Made by a program: the position numbers and the translations under genes. DNA of 64,000 nt from the human T2T-CHM13v2.0 reference genome, Homo sapiens, in assembly GCF_009914755.1 (NCBI RefSeq), contig NC_060928.1; one strand, written 5' to 3'. The notes below the pieces were generated by a model. The model was not told the DNA's origin, made no database searches, and worked only from the letters and a program-made list of their open reading frames with translations. Shown here one piece after another: positions 35,901-50,900 of the stretch. How positions within the stretch are numbered: position 1 is the stretch's first letter; every line of letters starts with the position of its first letter.

Positions 35901-38900
35901 TCATAGAAAATCTAGACGGAAGCATTCTCAGAAACTGCTTTGTGATGTTTGCATTCAAGTCACAGAGTTGAATATTCCCTTTTATAGACTAGGTTTGAAA
36001 CACTCTTTCGGCACTACCTGGAAGTGGATATTTCGAGCTCTTTGAGGCCTATGGTTAAAAGGAAATATCTTCCCATAAAAACTAGACAGAAGCCGTCTCA
36101 GAAACTTGTTTGTGATGTGTGTATTCAACTAACAGAGTTGAACATTTCTGTTACAGAGCAATTTTAAAACACTCTTTTTGTGGAATCTGAAAGTGGATAA
36201 TTGGATAGCTTTGTGGATTTCGTTGGAAACGGGATGACGTATAAAATCTAGAGAGAAGCATTCTCAGGAACTTCTTTCTGATGTTTGCATTCAAGTCACA
36301 GAATTGAACATTCCTTTTCATAGTGCAGGTTTGAAACACTCTTTCTGTAGTATCTGGAAGTGGACATTTCAAGCGCTTTCAGGCCTACGGGGAGAAAGGA
36401 AATATCTTCAAATAAAAACTAGACAGAAGGATTCTCAGAAACTTATTTGTGATGTGTGTCCTAAACGAACACAGTTGAACCTTTGTTTAGATACAGCATT
36501 TTGGAAACACTCCTTTTGTAGGATCTGCAGGTGGATATTTGGATAGATTTTAAGATTTCGTTGGAAACGGGAGTTTCTTCATAGAAACTCAAGACAGATG
36601 CATTCTCAGAAACATCTCTGTGATGTTTGCATTCCACTCATAGAGTTGAAAACTTCCTTTCATAGAGCAGGTTTGAAACACTCTTTTTGTAATATTTGGA
36701 AGTGGACATTTGCAGCGCTTTGAGGCCTATGGTGAAAAAGGAAATATCTTCTCATAAAAACCAGAAACAAGCATTCTCAGAAACTTCTTTTTGATGTGTG
36801 TACTCAAGTAACAGAGTTGAACCTTCCTTTTGACACAGCAGTTTTGAAACAATCTTTTTGTAGAATCTGCAAGTGGATATTTGGATAGCTTTGAGGATTT
36901 CGTTGGAAACGGGATATCTTCATATAAAATCTAGACAGAAGCATTCTCAGAAACTTCTTTGTGCTGTATGTCCTCAATTAACAGAGTTGAACCATTGCTT
37001 GGATACAGCATTTTGGAAACATTCCTTGAGTAGAATCTGCAAGTTGATATTTAGATAGATTTGAAGATTTCGTTGGAAAAGGGAATATCTCCATATAAAA
37101 TCTAGAGGGAAGCATTCTCAGAAACTGCTTTGTGATGTTTCCATTCAAGTCACAGAGTTGAATATTCCCTTTTATAGAGCACGTTTGAAACACTCTTTCT
37201 GCACTATCTGGAAGTGGACATTTCGAGCGCTTTGAGGCCTATGGTGAAAAAGGAAATATCTTCCCATAAAAACTAGACAGAAGCATTCTCAGAAACTTGT
37301 TTGTGATGTGTGTATTCAACTAACAGAGTTGAACTTTTGTTTTTACAGAGCCGTTTTAAAACACTCTTTTTGTGGAATCAGAAAGTGGATATTCGGATGG
37401 CTCTGAGGATTTCGTTGGAAGCGGGATTACATATAAAATCTAGAGAGAAGCATTCTCAGGAACTTCTTTGTGATGTTTGCATTGAAGTCACAGAATTGAA
37501 CATTCACTTTGATAGAGCAGGTTTGAAACACTCATTCTGTAGTATCTGGAAGTGGACATTTCAAGCGCTTTCAGGCCTATGGTGAGAAAGGAAATATCTT
37601 CGAATAAAAACTAGACAGAAGCATCCTCAGAAACTTATTTGTGATGTGTGTCCTCAACTAACAGAGTTGAAACTTTGTTTTGATACAGCATTTTGGAAAC
37701 ACTCTTTTTGTAGAATCTGCAGGTGGATATTTGGATAGCTTAGAGGGATTCGTTGGAAAGGGGATATCTTCATATAAAATCTAGACAGAAGCATTCTCAG
37801 AAACTTATTTGTGATGTGTGTCCTCAACTAACAGAGTTGAACCTTGGTTTTGATACAGCATTTTGGAAACACTCCTTTTGTAGAATCTGCAGGTGGATAT
37901 GTGGATAGCTCTGAAGATTTCGTTGGAAACGGGAATTTCTTCATATAAAATCAAACAGAAGCATTCTCAGAAACTTCTCAGTGATGTTTGCATTCAGCTC
38001 ATGGAGTTGAACACTTCCTTTCATAGAGCCGGTTTGAAACACTCTTTCTGCACTACCTGGAAGAGGCCATTTCGAGCGCTTTGAGTCCTATGGTGAAAAA
38101 GGAAATATCTTCTCATAAAAACCAGAAAGAAGCATTCTCAGAAACTTCTTTGTGTTGTGTGTACTCATGTAACAGTGTTGAACCATCCTTTTGACAGAGC
38201 AGTTTTGAAACACTCTTTTTGTAGAATCTGCAAGTGGATATTTGGATAGCTTTGAGGATTTCGTTGGAAACGGGATGACATATAATATCTAGAGAGAAGC
38301 ATTCTCAGGAACTTCTTTGTGATGTTTGCATTCAAGTCACAGAATTGAACATTCCCTTTCATAGAGCAGGTTTGAAACACTCTTTCTCTAGTATCTGGAA
38401 GTGGGCATTTCAAGCGCTTTCAGGCCTATGGAGAGAAAGGAAATACCTTCAAATAAAAACTAGACAGAAGCATTCTCAGAAACTTATTTGTGATGTGTGT
38501 CCTCAACTAACAGAGTTGAACCTTTGTTTTGATACAGCATTTTGGAAACACTCCTTTTGTAGAATCTGCAGGTGGATATTTGGATAACTTTGAAGATTTC
38601 GTTGGAAACCGGAATATCTTCATATAAAATCAAGACAGAAGCATTCTCGGAAACATCTCTGTGATGTTTGCATTCAACTCAGTAGAGTTGAACACTTCCT
38701 TTCATAGAGCAGGTTTGAAACACTCTTTCTGCACTACCTGGAAGCGGACATTTCGAGCGCTTTGAGGCCTATGGTGAAAAAGGAAATAGCTTCTCATAAA
38801 AACCAGAAAGAAGCATTCTCAGAAACTTCTTTGTGTTGTGTGTACTCAAGTAACAGTGTTGAACCTTCCTTTTGACACAGCAGTTTTGAAACACTCTTTT

Positions 38901-41900
38901 GGTAGAATCTGCAAGTGGATATTTGGATAGCTTTGAGGATTTCGTTGGAAACGGGTTATCTTCATATAAAATCCAGACAGGAGCATTCTCAGAAACTTCT
39001 TTGTGCTGCATGTCCTCAATTCACAGAGCTGAACCTTTGTTTGGATACAGCATTTTGGAAACATTCCTTTAGTAGAATCTGCAAGTTGATATTTAGATAG
39101 CTTTGAAGATTTCGTTGGTAACGGGAATATCTTCATAGAAAATCTAGACGGAAGCATTCTCAGAAACTGCTTTGTGATGTTTGCATTCAAGTCACAGAGT
39201 TGAATATTCCCTTTTATAGAGTAGGTTTGAAACACTCTTTCGGCACTACCTGGAAGTGGATATTTCGAGCTCTTTGAGGCCTATGGTTAAAAGGAAATAT
39301 CTTCCCATAAAAACTAGACAGAAGCCGTCTCAGAAACTTGTTTGTGATGTGTGTATTCAACTAACAGAGTTGAACATTTCTGTTACAGAGCAATTTTAAA
39401 ACACTCTTTTTGTGGAATCTGAAAGTGGATAATTGGATAGCTTTGTGGATTTCGTTGGAAACGGGATGACGTATAAAATCTAGAGAGAAGCATTCTCAGG
39501 AACTTCTTTCTGATGTTTGCATTCAAGTCACAGAATTGAACATTCCTTTTCATAGTGCAGGTTTGAAACACTCTTTCTGTAGTATCTGGAAGTGGACATT
39601 TCAAGCGCTTTCAGGCCTACGGGGAGAAAGGAAATATCTTCAAATAAAAACTAGACAGAAGGATTCTCAGAAACTTATTTGTGATGTGTGTCCTAAACGA
39701 ACACAGTTGAACCTTTGTTTAGATACAGCATTTTGGAAACACTCCTTTTGTAGGATCTGCAGGTGGATATTTGGATAGATTTTAAGATTTCGTTGGAAAC
39801 GGGAGTTTCTTCATAGAAACTCAAGACAGATGCATTCTCAGAAACAACTCTGTGATGTTTGCATTCCACTCATAGAGTTGAAAACTTCCTTTCATAGAGC
39901 AGGTTTGAAACACTCTTTTTGTAATATTTGGAAGTGGACATTTGCAGCGCTTTGAGGCCTATGGTGAAAAAGGAAATATCTTCTCATAAAAACCAGAAAC
40001 AAGCATTCTCAGAAACTTCTTTTTGATGTGTGTACTCAAGTAACAGAGTTGAACCTTCCTTTTGACACAGCAGTTTTGAAACAATCTTTTTGTAGAATCT
40101 GCAAGTGGATATTTGGATAGCTTTGAGGATTTCGTTGGAAACGGGATATCTTCATATAAAATCTAGACAGAAGCTTTCTCAGAAACTTCTTTGTGCTGTA
40201 TGTCCTCAATTAACAGATTTGAACCATTGCTTGGATACAGCATTTTGGAAACATTCCTTGAGTAGAATCTGCAAGTTGATATTTAGGTAGATTTGAAGAT
40301 TTCGTTGGAAAAGGGAATATCTCCATAGAAAATCTAGAGGGAAGCATTCTCAGAAACTGCTTTGTGATGTTTCCATTCAAGTCACAGAGTTGAATATTCC
40401 CTTTTATAGAGCACGTTTGAAACACTCTTTCTGCACTATCTGGAAGTGGACATTTCGAGCGCTTTGAGGCCTATGGTGAAAAAGGAAATATCTTCCCATA
40501 AAAACTAGACAGAAGCATTCTCAGAAACTTGTTTGTGATGTGTGTATTCAACTAACAGAGTTGAACTTTTGTTTTTACAGAGCCGTTTTAAAACACTCTT
40601 TTTGTGGAATCAGAAAGTGGATATTCGGATGGCTCTGAGGATTTCGTTGGAAGCGGGATTACATATAAAATCTAGAGAGAAGCATTCTCAGGAACTTCTT
40701 TGTGATGTTTGCATTGAAGTCACAGAATTGAACATTCACTTTGATAGAGCAGGTTTGAAACACTCATTCTGTAGTATCTGGAAGTGGACATTTCAAGCGC
40801 TTTCAGGCCTATGGTGAGAAAGGAAATATCTTCGAATAAAAACTAGACAGAAGCATCCTCAGAAACTTATTTGTGATGTGTGTCCTCAACTAACAGAGTT
40901 GAAACTTTGTTTTGATACAGCATTTTGGAAACACTCTTTTTGTAGAATCTGCAGGTGGATATTTGGATAGCTTAGAGGGATTCGTTGGAAAGGGGATATC
41001 TTCATATAAAATCTAGACAGAAGCATTCTCAGAAACTTATTTGTGATGTGTGTCCTCAACTAACAGAGTTGAACCTTGGTTTTGATACAGCATTTTGGAA
41101 ACACTCCTTTTGTAGAATCTGCAGGTGGATATGTGGATAGCTCTGAAGATTTCGTTGGAAACGGGAATTTCTTCATATAAAATCAAACAGAAGCATTCTC
41201 AGAAACTTCTCAGTGATGTTTGCATTCAGCTCATGGAGTTGAACACTTCCTTTCATAGAGCCGGTTTGAAACACTCTTTCTGCACTACCTGGAAGAGGAC
41301 ATTTCGAGCGCTTTGAGTCCTATGGTGAAAAAGGAAATATCTTCTCATAAAAACCAGAAAGAAGCATTCTCAGAAACTTCTTTGTGTTGTGTGTACTCAT
41401 GTAACAGTGTTGAACCATCCTTTTGACAGAGCAGTTTTGAAACACTCTTTTTGTAGAATCTGCAAGTGGATATTTGGATAGCTTTGAGGATTTCGTTGGA
41501 AACGGGATGACATATAATATCTAGAGAGAAGCATTCTCAGGAACTTCTTTGTGATGTTTGCATTCAAGTCACAGAATTGAACATTCCCTTTCATAGAGCA
41601 GGTTTGAAACACTCTTTCTCTAGTATCTGGAAGTGGGCATTTCAAGCGCTTTCAGGCCTATGGAGAGAAAGGAAATACCTTCAAATAAAAACTAGACAGA
41701 AGCATTCTCAGAAACTTATTTGTGATGTGTGTCCTCAACTAACAGAGTTGAACCTTTGTTTTGATACAGCATTTTGGAAACACTCCTTTTGTAGAATCTG
41801 CAGGTGGATATTTGGATAACTTTGAAGATTTCGTTGGAAACCGGAATATCTTCATATAAAATCAAGACAGAAGCATTCTCGGAAACATCTCTGTGATGTT

Positions 41901-44900
41901 TGCATTCAACTCAGTAGAGTTGAACACTTCCTTTCATAGAGCAGGTTTGAAACACTCTTTCTGCACTACCTGGAAGCGGACATTTCGAGCGCTTTGAGGC
42001 CTATGGTGAAAAAGGAAATATCTTCTCATAAAAACCAGAAAGAAGCATTCTCAGAAACTTCTTTGTGTTGTGTGTACTCAAGTAACAGTGTTGAACCTTC
42101 CTTTTGACACAGCAGTTTTGAAACACTCTTTTGGTAGAATCTGCAAGTGGATATTTGGATAGCTTTGAGGATTTCGTTGGAAACGGGTTATCTTCATATA
42201 AAATCCAGACAGGAGCATTCTCAGAAACTTCTTTGTGCTGCATGTCCTCAATTCACAGAGCTGAACCTTTGTTTGGATACAGCATTTTGGAAACATTCCT
42301 TTAGTAGAATCTGCAAGTTGATATTTAGATAGCTTTGAAGATTTCGTTGGTAACGGGAATATCTTCATAGAAAATCTAGACGGAAGCATTCTCAGAAACT
42401 GCTTTGTGATGTTTGCATTCAAGTCACAGAGTTGAATATTCCCTTTTATAGAGTAGGTTTGAAACACTCTTTCGGCACTACCTGGAAGTGGATATTTCGA
42501 GCTCTTTGAGGCCTATGGTTAAAAGGAAATATCTTCCCATAAAAACTAGACAGAAGCCGTCTCAGAAACTTGTTTGTGATGTGTGTATTCAACTACCAGA
42601 GTTGAACATTTCTGTTACAGAGCAATTTTAAAACACTCTTTTTGTGGAATCTGAAAGTGGATAATTGGATAGCTTTGTGGATTTCGTTGGAAACGGGATG
42701 ACGTATAAAATCTAGAGAGAAGCATTCTCAGGAACTTCTTTCTGATGTTTGCATTCAAGTCACAGAATTGAACATTCCTTTTCATAGTGCAGGTTTGAAA
42801 CACTCTTTCTGTAGTATCTGGAAGTGGACATTTCAAGCGCTTTCAGGCCTACGGGGAGAAAGGAAATATCTTCAAATAAAAACTAGACAGAAGGATTCTC
42901 AGAAACTTATTTGTGATGTGTGTCCTAAACGAACACAGTTGAACCTTTGTTTAGATACAGCATTTTGGAAACACTCCTTTTGTAGGATCTGCAGGTGGAT
43001 ATTTGGATAGATTTTAAGATTTCGTTGGAAACGGGAGTTTCTTCATAGAAACTCAAGACAGATGCATTCTCAGAAACATCTCTGTGATGTTTGCATTCCA
43101 CTCATAGAGTTGAAAACTTCCTTTCATAGAGCAGGTTTGAAACACTCTTTTTGTAATATTTGGAAGTGGACATTTGCAGCGCTTTGAGGCCTATGGTGAA
43201 AAAGGAAATATCTTCTCATAAAAACCAGAAACAAGCATTCTCAGAAACTTCTTTTTGATGTGTGTACTCAAGTAACAGAGTTGAACCTTCCTTTTGACAC
43301 AGCAGTTTTGAAACAATCTTTTTGTAGAATCTGCAAGTGGATATTTGGATAGCTTTGAGGATTTCGTTGGAAACGGGATATCTTCATATAAAATCTAGAC
43401 AGAAGCATTCTCAGAAACTTCTTTGTGCTGTATGTCCTCAATTAACAGAGTTGAACCATTGCTTGGATACAGCATTTTGGAAACATTCCTTGAGTAGAAT
43501 CTGCAAGTTGATATTTAGATAGATTTGAAGATTTCGTTGGAAAAGGGAATATCTCCATATAAAATCTAGAGGGAAGCATTCTCAGAAACTGCTTTGTGAT
43601 GTTTCCATTCAAGTCACAGAGTTGAATATTCCCTTTTATAGAGCACGTTTGAAACACTCTTTCTGCACTATCTGGAAGTGGACATTTCGAGCGCTTTGAG
43701 GCCTATGGTGAAAAAGGAAATATCTTCCCATAAAAACTAGACAGAAGCATTCTCAGAAACTTGTTTGTGATGTGTGTATTCAACTAACAGAGTTGAACTT
43801 TTGTTTTTACAGAGCCGTTTTAAAACACTCTTTTTGTGGAATCAGAAAGTGGATATTCGGATGGCTCTGAGGATTTCGTTGGAAGCGGGATTACATATAA
43901 AATCTAGAGAGAAGCATTCTCAGGAACTTCTTTGTGATGTTTGCATTGAAGTCACAGAATTGAACATTCACTTTGATAGAGCAGGTTTGAAACACTCATT
44001 CTGTAGTATCTGGAAGTGGACATTTCAAGCGCTTTCAGGCCTATGGTGAGAAAGGAAATATCTTCGAATAAAAACTAGACAGAAGCATCCTCAGAAACTT
44101 ATTTGTGATGTGTGTCCTCAACTAACAGAGTTGAAACTTTGTTTTGATACAGCATTTTGGAAACACTCTTTTTGTAGAATCTGCAGGTGGATATTTGGAT
44201 AGCTTAGAGGGATTCGTTGGAAAGGGGATATCTTCATATAAAATCTAGACAGAAGCATTCTCAGAAACTTATTTGTGATGTGTGTCCTCAACTAACAGAG
44301 TTGAACCTTGGTTTTGATACAGCATTTTGGAAACACTCCTTTTGTAGAATCTGCAGGTGGATATGTGGATAGCTCTGAAGATTTCGTTGGAAACGGGAAT
44401 TTCTTCATATAAAATCAAACAGAAGCATTCTCAGAAACTTCTCAGTGATGTTTGCATTCAGCTCATGGAGTTGAACACTTCCTTTCATAGAGCCGGTTTG
44501 AAACACTCTTTCTGCACTACCTGGAAGAGGACATTTCGAGCGCTTTGAGTCCTATGGTGAAAAAGGAAATATCTTCTCATAAAAACCAGAAAGAAGCATT
44601 CTCAGAAACTTCTTTGTGTTGTGTGTACTCATGTAACAGTGTTGAACCATCCTTTTGACAGAGCAGTTTTGAAACACTCTTTTTGTAGAATCTGCAAGTG
44701 GATATTTGGATAGCTTTGAGGATTTCGTTGGAAACGGGATGACATATAATATCTAGAGAGAAGCATTCTCAGGAACTTCTTTGTGATGTTTGCATTCAAG
44801 TCACAGAATTGAACATTCCCTTTCATAGAGCAGGTTTGAAACACTCTTTCTCTAGTATCTGGAAGTGGGCATTTCAAGCGCTTTCAGGCCTATGGAGAGA

Positions 44901-47900
44901 AAGGAAATACCTTCAAATAAAAACTAGACAGAAGCATTCTCAGAAACTTATTTGTGATGTGTGTCCTCAACTAACAGAGTTGAACCTTTGTTTTGATACA
45001 GCATTTTGGAAACACTCCTTTTGTAGAATCTGCAGGTGGATATTTGGATAACTTTGAAGATTTCGTTGGAAACCGGAATATCTTCATATAAAATCAAGAC
45101 AGAAGCATTCTCGGAAACATCTCTGTGATGTTTGCATTCAACTCAGTAGAGTTGAACACTTCCTTTCATAGAGCCGGTTTGAAACACTCTTTCTGCACTA
45201 CCTGGAAGCGGACATTTCGAGCGCTTTGAGGCCTATGGTGAAAAAGGAAATATCTTCTCATAAAAACCAGAAAGAAGCATTCTCAGAAACTTCTTTGTGT
45301 TGTGTGTACTCAAGTAACAGTGTTGAACCTTCCTTTTGACACAGCAGTTTTGAAACACTCTTTTGGTAGAATCTGCAAGTGGATATTTGGATAGCTTTGA
45401 GGATTTCGTTGGAAACGGGTTATCTTCATATAAAATCCAGACAGGAGCATTCTCAGAAACTTCTTTGTGCTGCATGTCCTCAATTCACAGAGCTGAACCT
45501 TTGTTTGGATACAGCATTTTGGAAACATTCCTTTAGTAGAATCTGCAAGTTGATATTTAGATAGCTTTGAAGATTTCGTTGGAAACGGGAATATCTTCAT
45601 AGAAAATCTAGACGGAAGCATTCTCAGAAACTGCTTTGTGATGTTTGCATTCAAGTCACAGAGTTGAATATTCCCTTTTATAGAGTAGGTTTGAAACACT
45701 CTTTCGGCACTACCTGGAAGTGGATATTTCGAGCTCTTTGAGGCCTATGGTTAAAAGGAAATATCTTCCCATAAAAACTAGACAGAAGCCGTCTCAGAAA
45801 CTTGTTTGTGATGTGTGTATTCAACTAACAGAGTTGAACATTTCTGTTACAGAGCAATTTTAAAACACTCTTTTTGTGGAATCTGAAAGTGGATAATTGG
45901 ATAGCTTTGTGGATTTCGTTGGAAACGGGATGACGTATAAAATCTAGAGAGAAGCATTCTCAGGAACTTCTTTCTGATGTTTGCATTCAAGTCACAGAAT
46001 TGAACATTCCTTTTCATAGTGCAGGTTTGAAACACTCTTTCTGTAGTATCTGGAAGTGGACATTTCAAGCGCTTTCAGGCCTACGGGGAGAAAGGAAATA
46101 TCTTCAAATAAAAACTAGACAGAAGGATTCTCAGAAACTTATTTGTGATGTGTGTCCTAAACGAACACAGTTGAACCTTTGTTTAGATACAGCATTTTGG
46201 AAACACTCCTTTTGTAGGATCTGCAGGTGGATATTTGGATAGATTTTAAGATTTCGTTGGAAACGGGAGTTTCTTCATAGAAACTCAAGACAGATGCATT
46301 CTCAGAAACATCTCTGTGATGTTTGCATTCCACTCATAGAGTTGAAAACTTCCTTTCATAGAGCAGGTTTGAAACACTCTTTTTGTAATATTTGGAAGTG
46401 GACATTTGCAGCGCTTTGAGGCCTATGGTGAAAAAGGAAATATCTTCTCATAAAAACCAGAAACAAGCATTCTCAGAAACTTCTTTTTGATGTGTGTACT
46501 CAAGTAACAGAGTTGAACCTTCCTTTTGACACAGCAGTTTTGAAACAATCTTTTTGTAGAATCTGCAAGTGGATATTTGGATAGCTTTGAGGATTTCGTT
46601 GGAAACGGGATATCTTCATATAAAATCTAGACAGAAGCTTTCTCAGAAACTTCTTTGTGCTGTATGTCCTCAATTAACAGATTTGAACCATTGCTTGGAT
46701 ACAGCATTTTGGAAACATTCCTTGAGTAGAATCTGCAAGTTGATATTTAGGTAGATTTGAAGATTTCGTTGGAAAAGGGAATATCTCCATAGAAAATCTA
46801 GAGGGAAGCATTCTCAGAAACTGCTTTGTGATGTTTCCATTCAAGTCACAGAGTTGAATATTCCCTTTTATAGAGCACGTTTGAAACACTCTTTCTGCAC
46901 TATCTGGAAGTGGACATTTCGAGCGCTTTGAGGCCTATGGTGAAAAAGGAAATATCTTCCCATAAAAACTAGACAGAAGCATTCTCAGAAACTTGTTTGT
47001 GATGTGTGTATTCAACTAACAGAGTTGAACTTTTGTTTTTACAGAGCCGTTTTAAAACACTCTTTTTGTGGAATCAGAAAGTGGATATTCGGATGGCTCT
47101 GAGGATTTCGTTGGAAGCGGGATTACATATAAAATCTAGAGAGAAGCATTCTCAGGAACTTCTTTGTGATGTTTGCATTGAAGTCACAGAATTGAACATT
47201 CACTTTGATAGAGCAGGTTTGAAACACTCATTCTGTAGTATCTGGAAGTGGACATTTCAAGCGCTTTCAGGCCTATGGTGAGAAAGGAAATATCTTCGAA
47301 TAAAAACTAGACAGAAGCATCCTCAGAAACTTATTTGTGATGTGTGTCCTCAACTAACAGAGTTGAAACTTTGTTTTGATACAGCATTTTGGAAACACTC
47401 TTTTTGTAGAATCTGCAGGTGGATATTTGGATAGCTTAGAGGGATTCGTTGGAAAGGGGATATCTTCATATAAAATCTAGACAGAAGCATTCTCAGAAAC
47501 TTATTTGTGATGTGTGTCCTCAACTAACAGAGTTGAACCTTGGTTTTGATACAGCATTTTGGAAACACTCCTTTTGTAGAATCTGCAGGTGGATATGTGG
47601 ATAGCTCTGAAGATTTCGTTGGAAACGGGAATTTCTTCATATAAAATCAAACAGAAGCATTCTCAGAAACTTCTCAGTGATGTTTGCATTCAGCTCATGG
47701 AGTTGAACACTTCCTTTCATAGAGCCGGTTTGAAACACTCTTTCTGCACTACCTGGAAGAGGACATTTCGAGCGCTTTGAGTCCTATGGTGAAAAAGGAA
47801 ATATCTTCTCATAAAAACCAGAAAGAAGCATTCTCAGAAACTTCTTTGTGTTGTGTGTACTCATGTAACAGTGTTGAACCATCCTTTTGACAGAGCAGTT

Positions 47901-50900
47901 TTGAAACACTCTTTTTGTAGAATCTGCAAGTGGATATTTGGATAGCTTTGAGGATTTCGTTGGAAACGGGATGACATATAATCTCTAGAGAGAAGCATAC
48001 TCAGGAACTTCTTTGTGATGTTTGCATTCAAGTCACAGAATTGAACATTCCCTTTCATAGAGCAGGTTTGAAACACTCTTTCTCTAGTATCTGGAAGTGG
48101 GCATTTCAAGCGCTTTCAGGCCTATGGAGAGAAAGGAAATACCTTGAAATAAAAACTAGACAGAAGCATTCTCAGAAACTTATTTGTGATGTGTGTCCTC
48201 AACTAACAGAGTTGAACCTTTGTTTTGATACAGCATTTTGGAAACACTCCTTTTGTAGAATCTGCAGGTGGATATTTGGATAACTTTGAAGATTTCGTTG
48301 GAAACCGGAATATCTTCATATAAAATCAAGACAGAAGCATTCTCGGAAACATCTCTGTGATGTTTGCATTCAACTCAGTAGAGTTGAACACTTCCTTTCA
48401 TAGAGCAGGTTTGAAACACTCTTTCTGCACTACCTGGAAGCGGACATTTCGAGCGCTTTGAGGCCTATGGTGAAAAAGGAAATATCTTCTCATAAAAACC
48501 AGAAAGAAGCATTCTCAGAAACTTCTTTGTGTTGTGTGTACTCAAGTAACAGTGTTGAACCTTCCTTTTGACACAGCTGTTTTGAAACACTCTTTTGGTA
48601 GAATCTGCAAGTGGATATTTGGATAGGTTTGAGGATTTCGTTGGAAACGGGTTATCTTCATATAAAATCCAGACAGGAGCATTCTCAGAAACTTCTTTGT
48701 GCTGCATGTCCTCAATTCACAGAGCTGAACCTTTGTTTGGATACAGCATTTTGGAAACATTCCTTTAGTAGAATCTGCAAGTTGATATTTAGATAGCTTT
48801 GAAGATTTCGTTGGAAACGGGAATATCTTCATAGAAAATCTAGACGGAAGCATTCTCAGAAACTGCTTTGTGATGTTTGCATTCAAGTCACAGAGTTGAA
48901 TATTCCCTTTTATAGAGTAGGTTTGAAACACTCTTTCGGCACTACCTGGAAGTGGATATTTCGAGCTCTTTGAGGCCTATGGTTAAAAGGAAATATCTTC
49001 CCATAAAAACTAGACAGAAGCCGTCTCAGAAACTTGTTTGTGATGTGTGTATTCAACTACCAGAGTTGAACATTTCTGTTACAGAGCAATTTTAAAACAC
49101 TCTTTTTGTGGAATCTGAAAGTGGATAATTGGATAGCTTTGTGGATTTCGTTGGAAACGGGATGACGTATAAAATCTAGAGAGAAGCATTCTCAGGAACT
49201 TCTTTCTGATGTTTGCATTCAAGTCACAGAATTGAACATTCCTTTTCATAGTGCAGGTTTGAAACACTCTTTCTGTAGTATCTGGAAGTGGACATTTCAA
49301 GCGCTTTCAGGCCTACGGGGAGAAAGGAAATATCTTCAAATAAAAACTAGACAGAAGGATTCTCAGAAACTTATTTGTGATGTGTGTCCTAAACGAACAC
49401 AGTTGAACCTTTGTTTAGATACAGCATTTTGGAAACACTCCTTTTGTAGGATCTGCAGGTGGATATTTGGATAGATTTTAAGATTTCGTTGGAAACGGGA
49501 GTTTCTTCATAGAAACTCAAGACAGATGCATTCTCAGAAACATCTCTGTGATGTTTGCATTCCACTCATAGAGTTGAAAACTTCCTTTCATAGAGCAGGT
49601 TTGAAACACTCTTTTTGTAATATTTGGAAGTGGACATTTGCAGCGCTTTGAGGCCTATGGTGAAAAAGGAAATATCTTCTCATAAAAACCAGAAACAAGC
49701 ATTCTCAGAAACTTCTTTTTGATGTGTGTACTCAAGTAACAGAGTTGAACCTTCCTTTTGACACAGCAGTTTTGAAACAATCTTTTTGTAGAATCTGCAA
49801 GTGGATATTTGGATAGCTTTGAGGATTTCGTTGGAAACGGGATATCTTCATATAAAATCTAGACAGAAGCATTCTCAGAAACTTCTTTGTGCTGTATGTC
49901 CTCAATTAACAGAGTTGAACCATTGCTTGGATACAGCATTTTGGAAACATTCCTTGAGTAGAATCTGCAAGTTGATATTTAGATAGATTTGAAGATTTCG
50001 TTGGAAAAGGGAATATCTCCATATAAAATCTAGAGGGAAGCATTCTCAGAAACTGCTTTGTGATGTTTCCATTCAAGTCACAGAGTTGAATATTCCCTTT
50101 TATAGAGCACGTTTGAAACACTCTTTCTGCACTATCTGGAAGTGGACATTTCGAGCGCTTTGAGGCCTATGGTGAAAAAGGAAATATCTTCCCATAAAAA
50201 CTAGACAGAAGCATTCTCAGAAACTTGTTTGTGATGTGTGTATTCAACTAACAGAGTTGAACTTTTGTTTTTACAGAGCCGTTTTAAAACACTCTTTTTG
50301 TGGAATCAGAAAGTGGATATTCGGATGGCTCTGAGGATTTCGTTGGAAGCGGGATTACATATAAAATCTAGAGAGAAGCATTCTCAGGAACTTCTTTGTG
50401 ATGTTTGCATTGAAGTCACAGAATTGAACATTCACTTTGATAGAGCAGGTTTGAAACACTCATTCTGTAGTATCTGGAAGTGGACATTTCAAGCGCTTTC
50501 AGGCCTATGGTGAGAAAGGAAATATCTTCGAATAAAAACTAGACAGAAGCATCCTCAGAAACTTATTTGTGATGTGTGTCCTCAACTAACAGAGTTGAAA
50601 CTTTGTTTTGATACAGCATTTTGGAAACACTCTTTTTGTAGAATCTGCAGGTGGATATTTGGATAGCTTAGAGGGATTCGTTGGAAAGGGGATATCTTCA
50701 TATAAAATCTAGACAGAAGCATTCTCAGAAACTTATTTGTGATGTGTGTCCTCAACTAACAGAGTTGAACCTTGGTTTTGATACAGCATTTTGGAAACAC
50801 TCCTTTTGTAGAATCTGCAGGTGGATATGTGGATAGCTCTGAAGATTTCGTTGGAAACGGGAATTTCTTCATATAAAATCAAACAGAAGCATTCTCAGAA

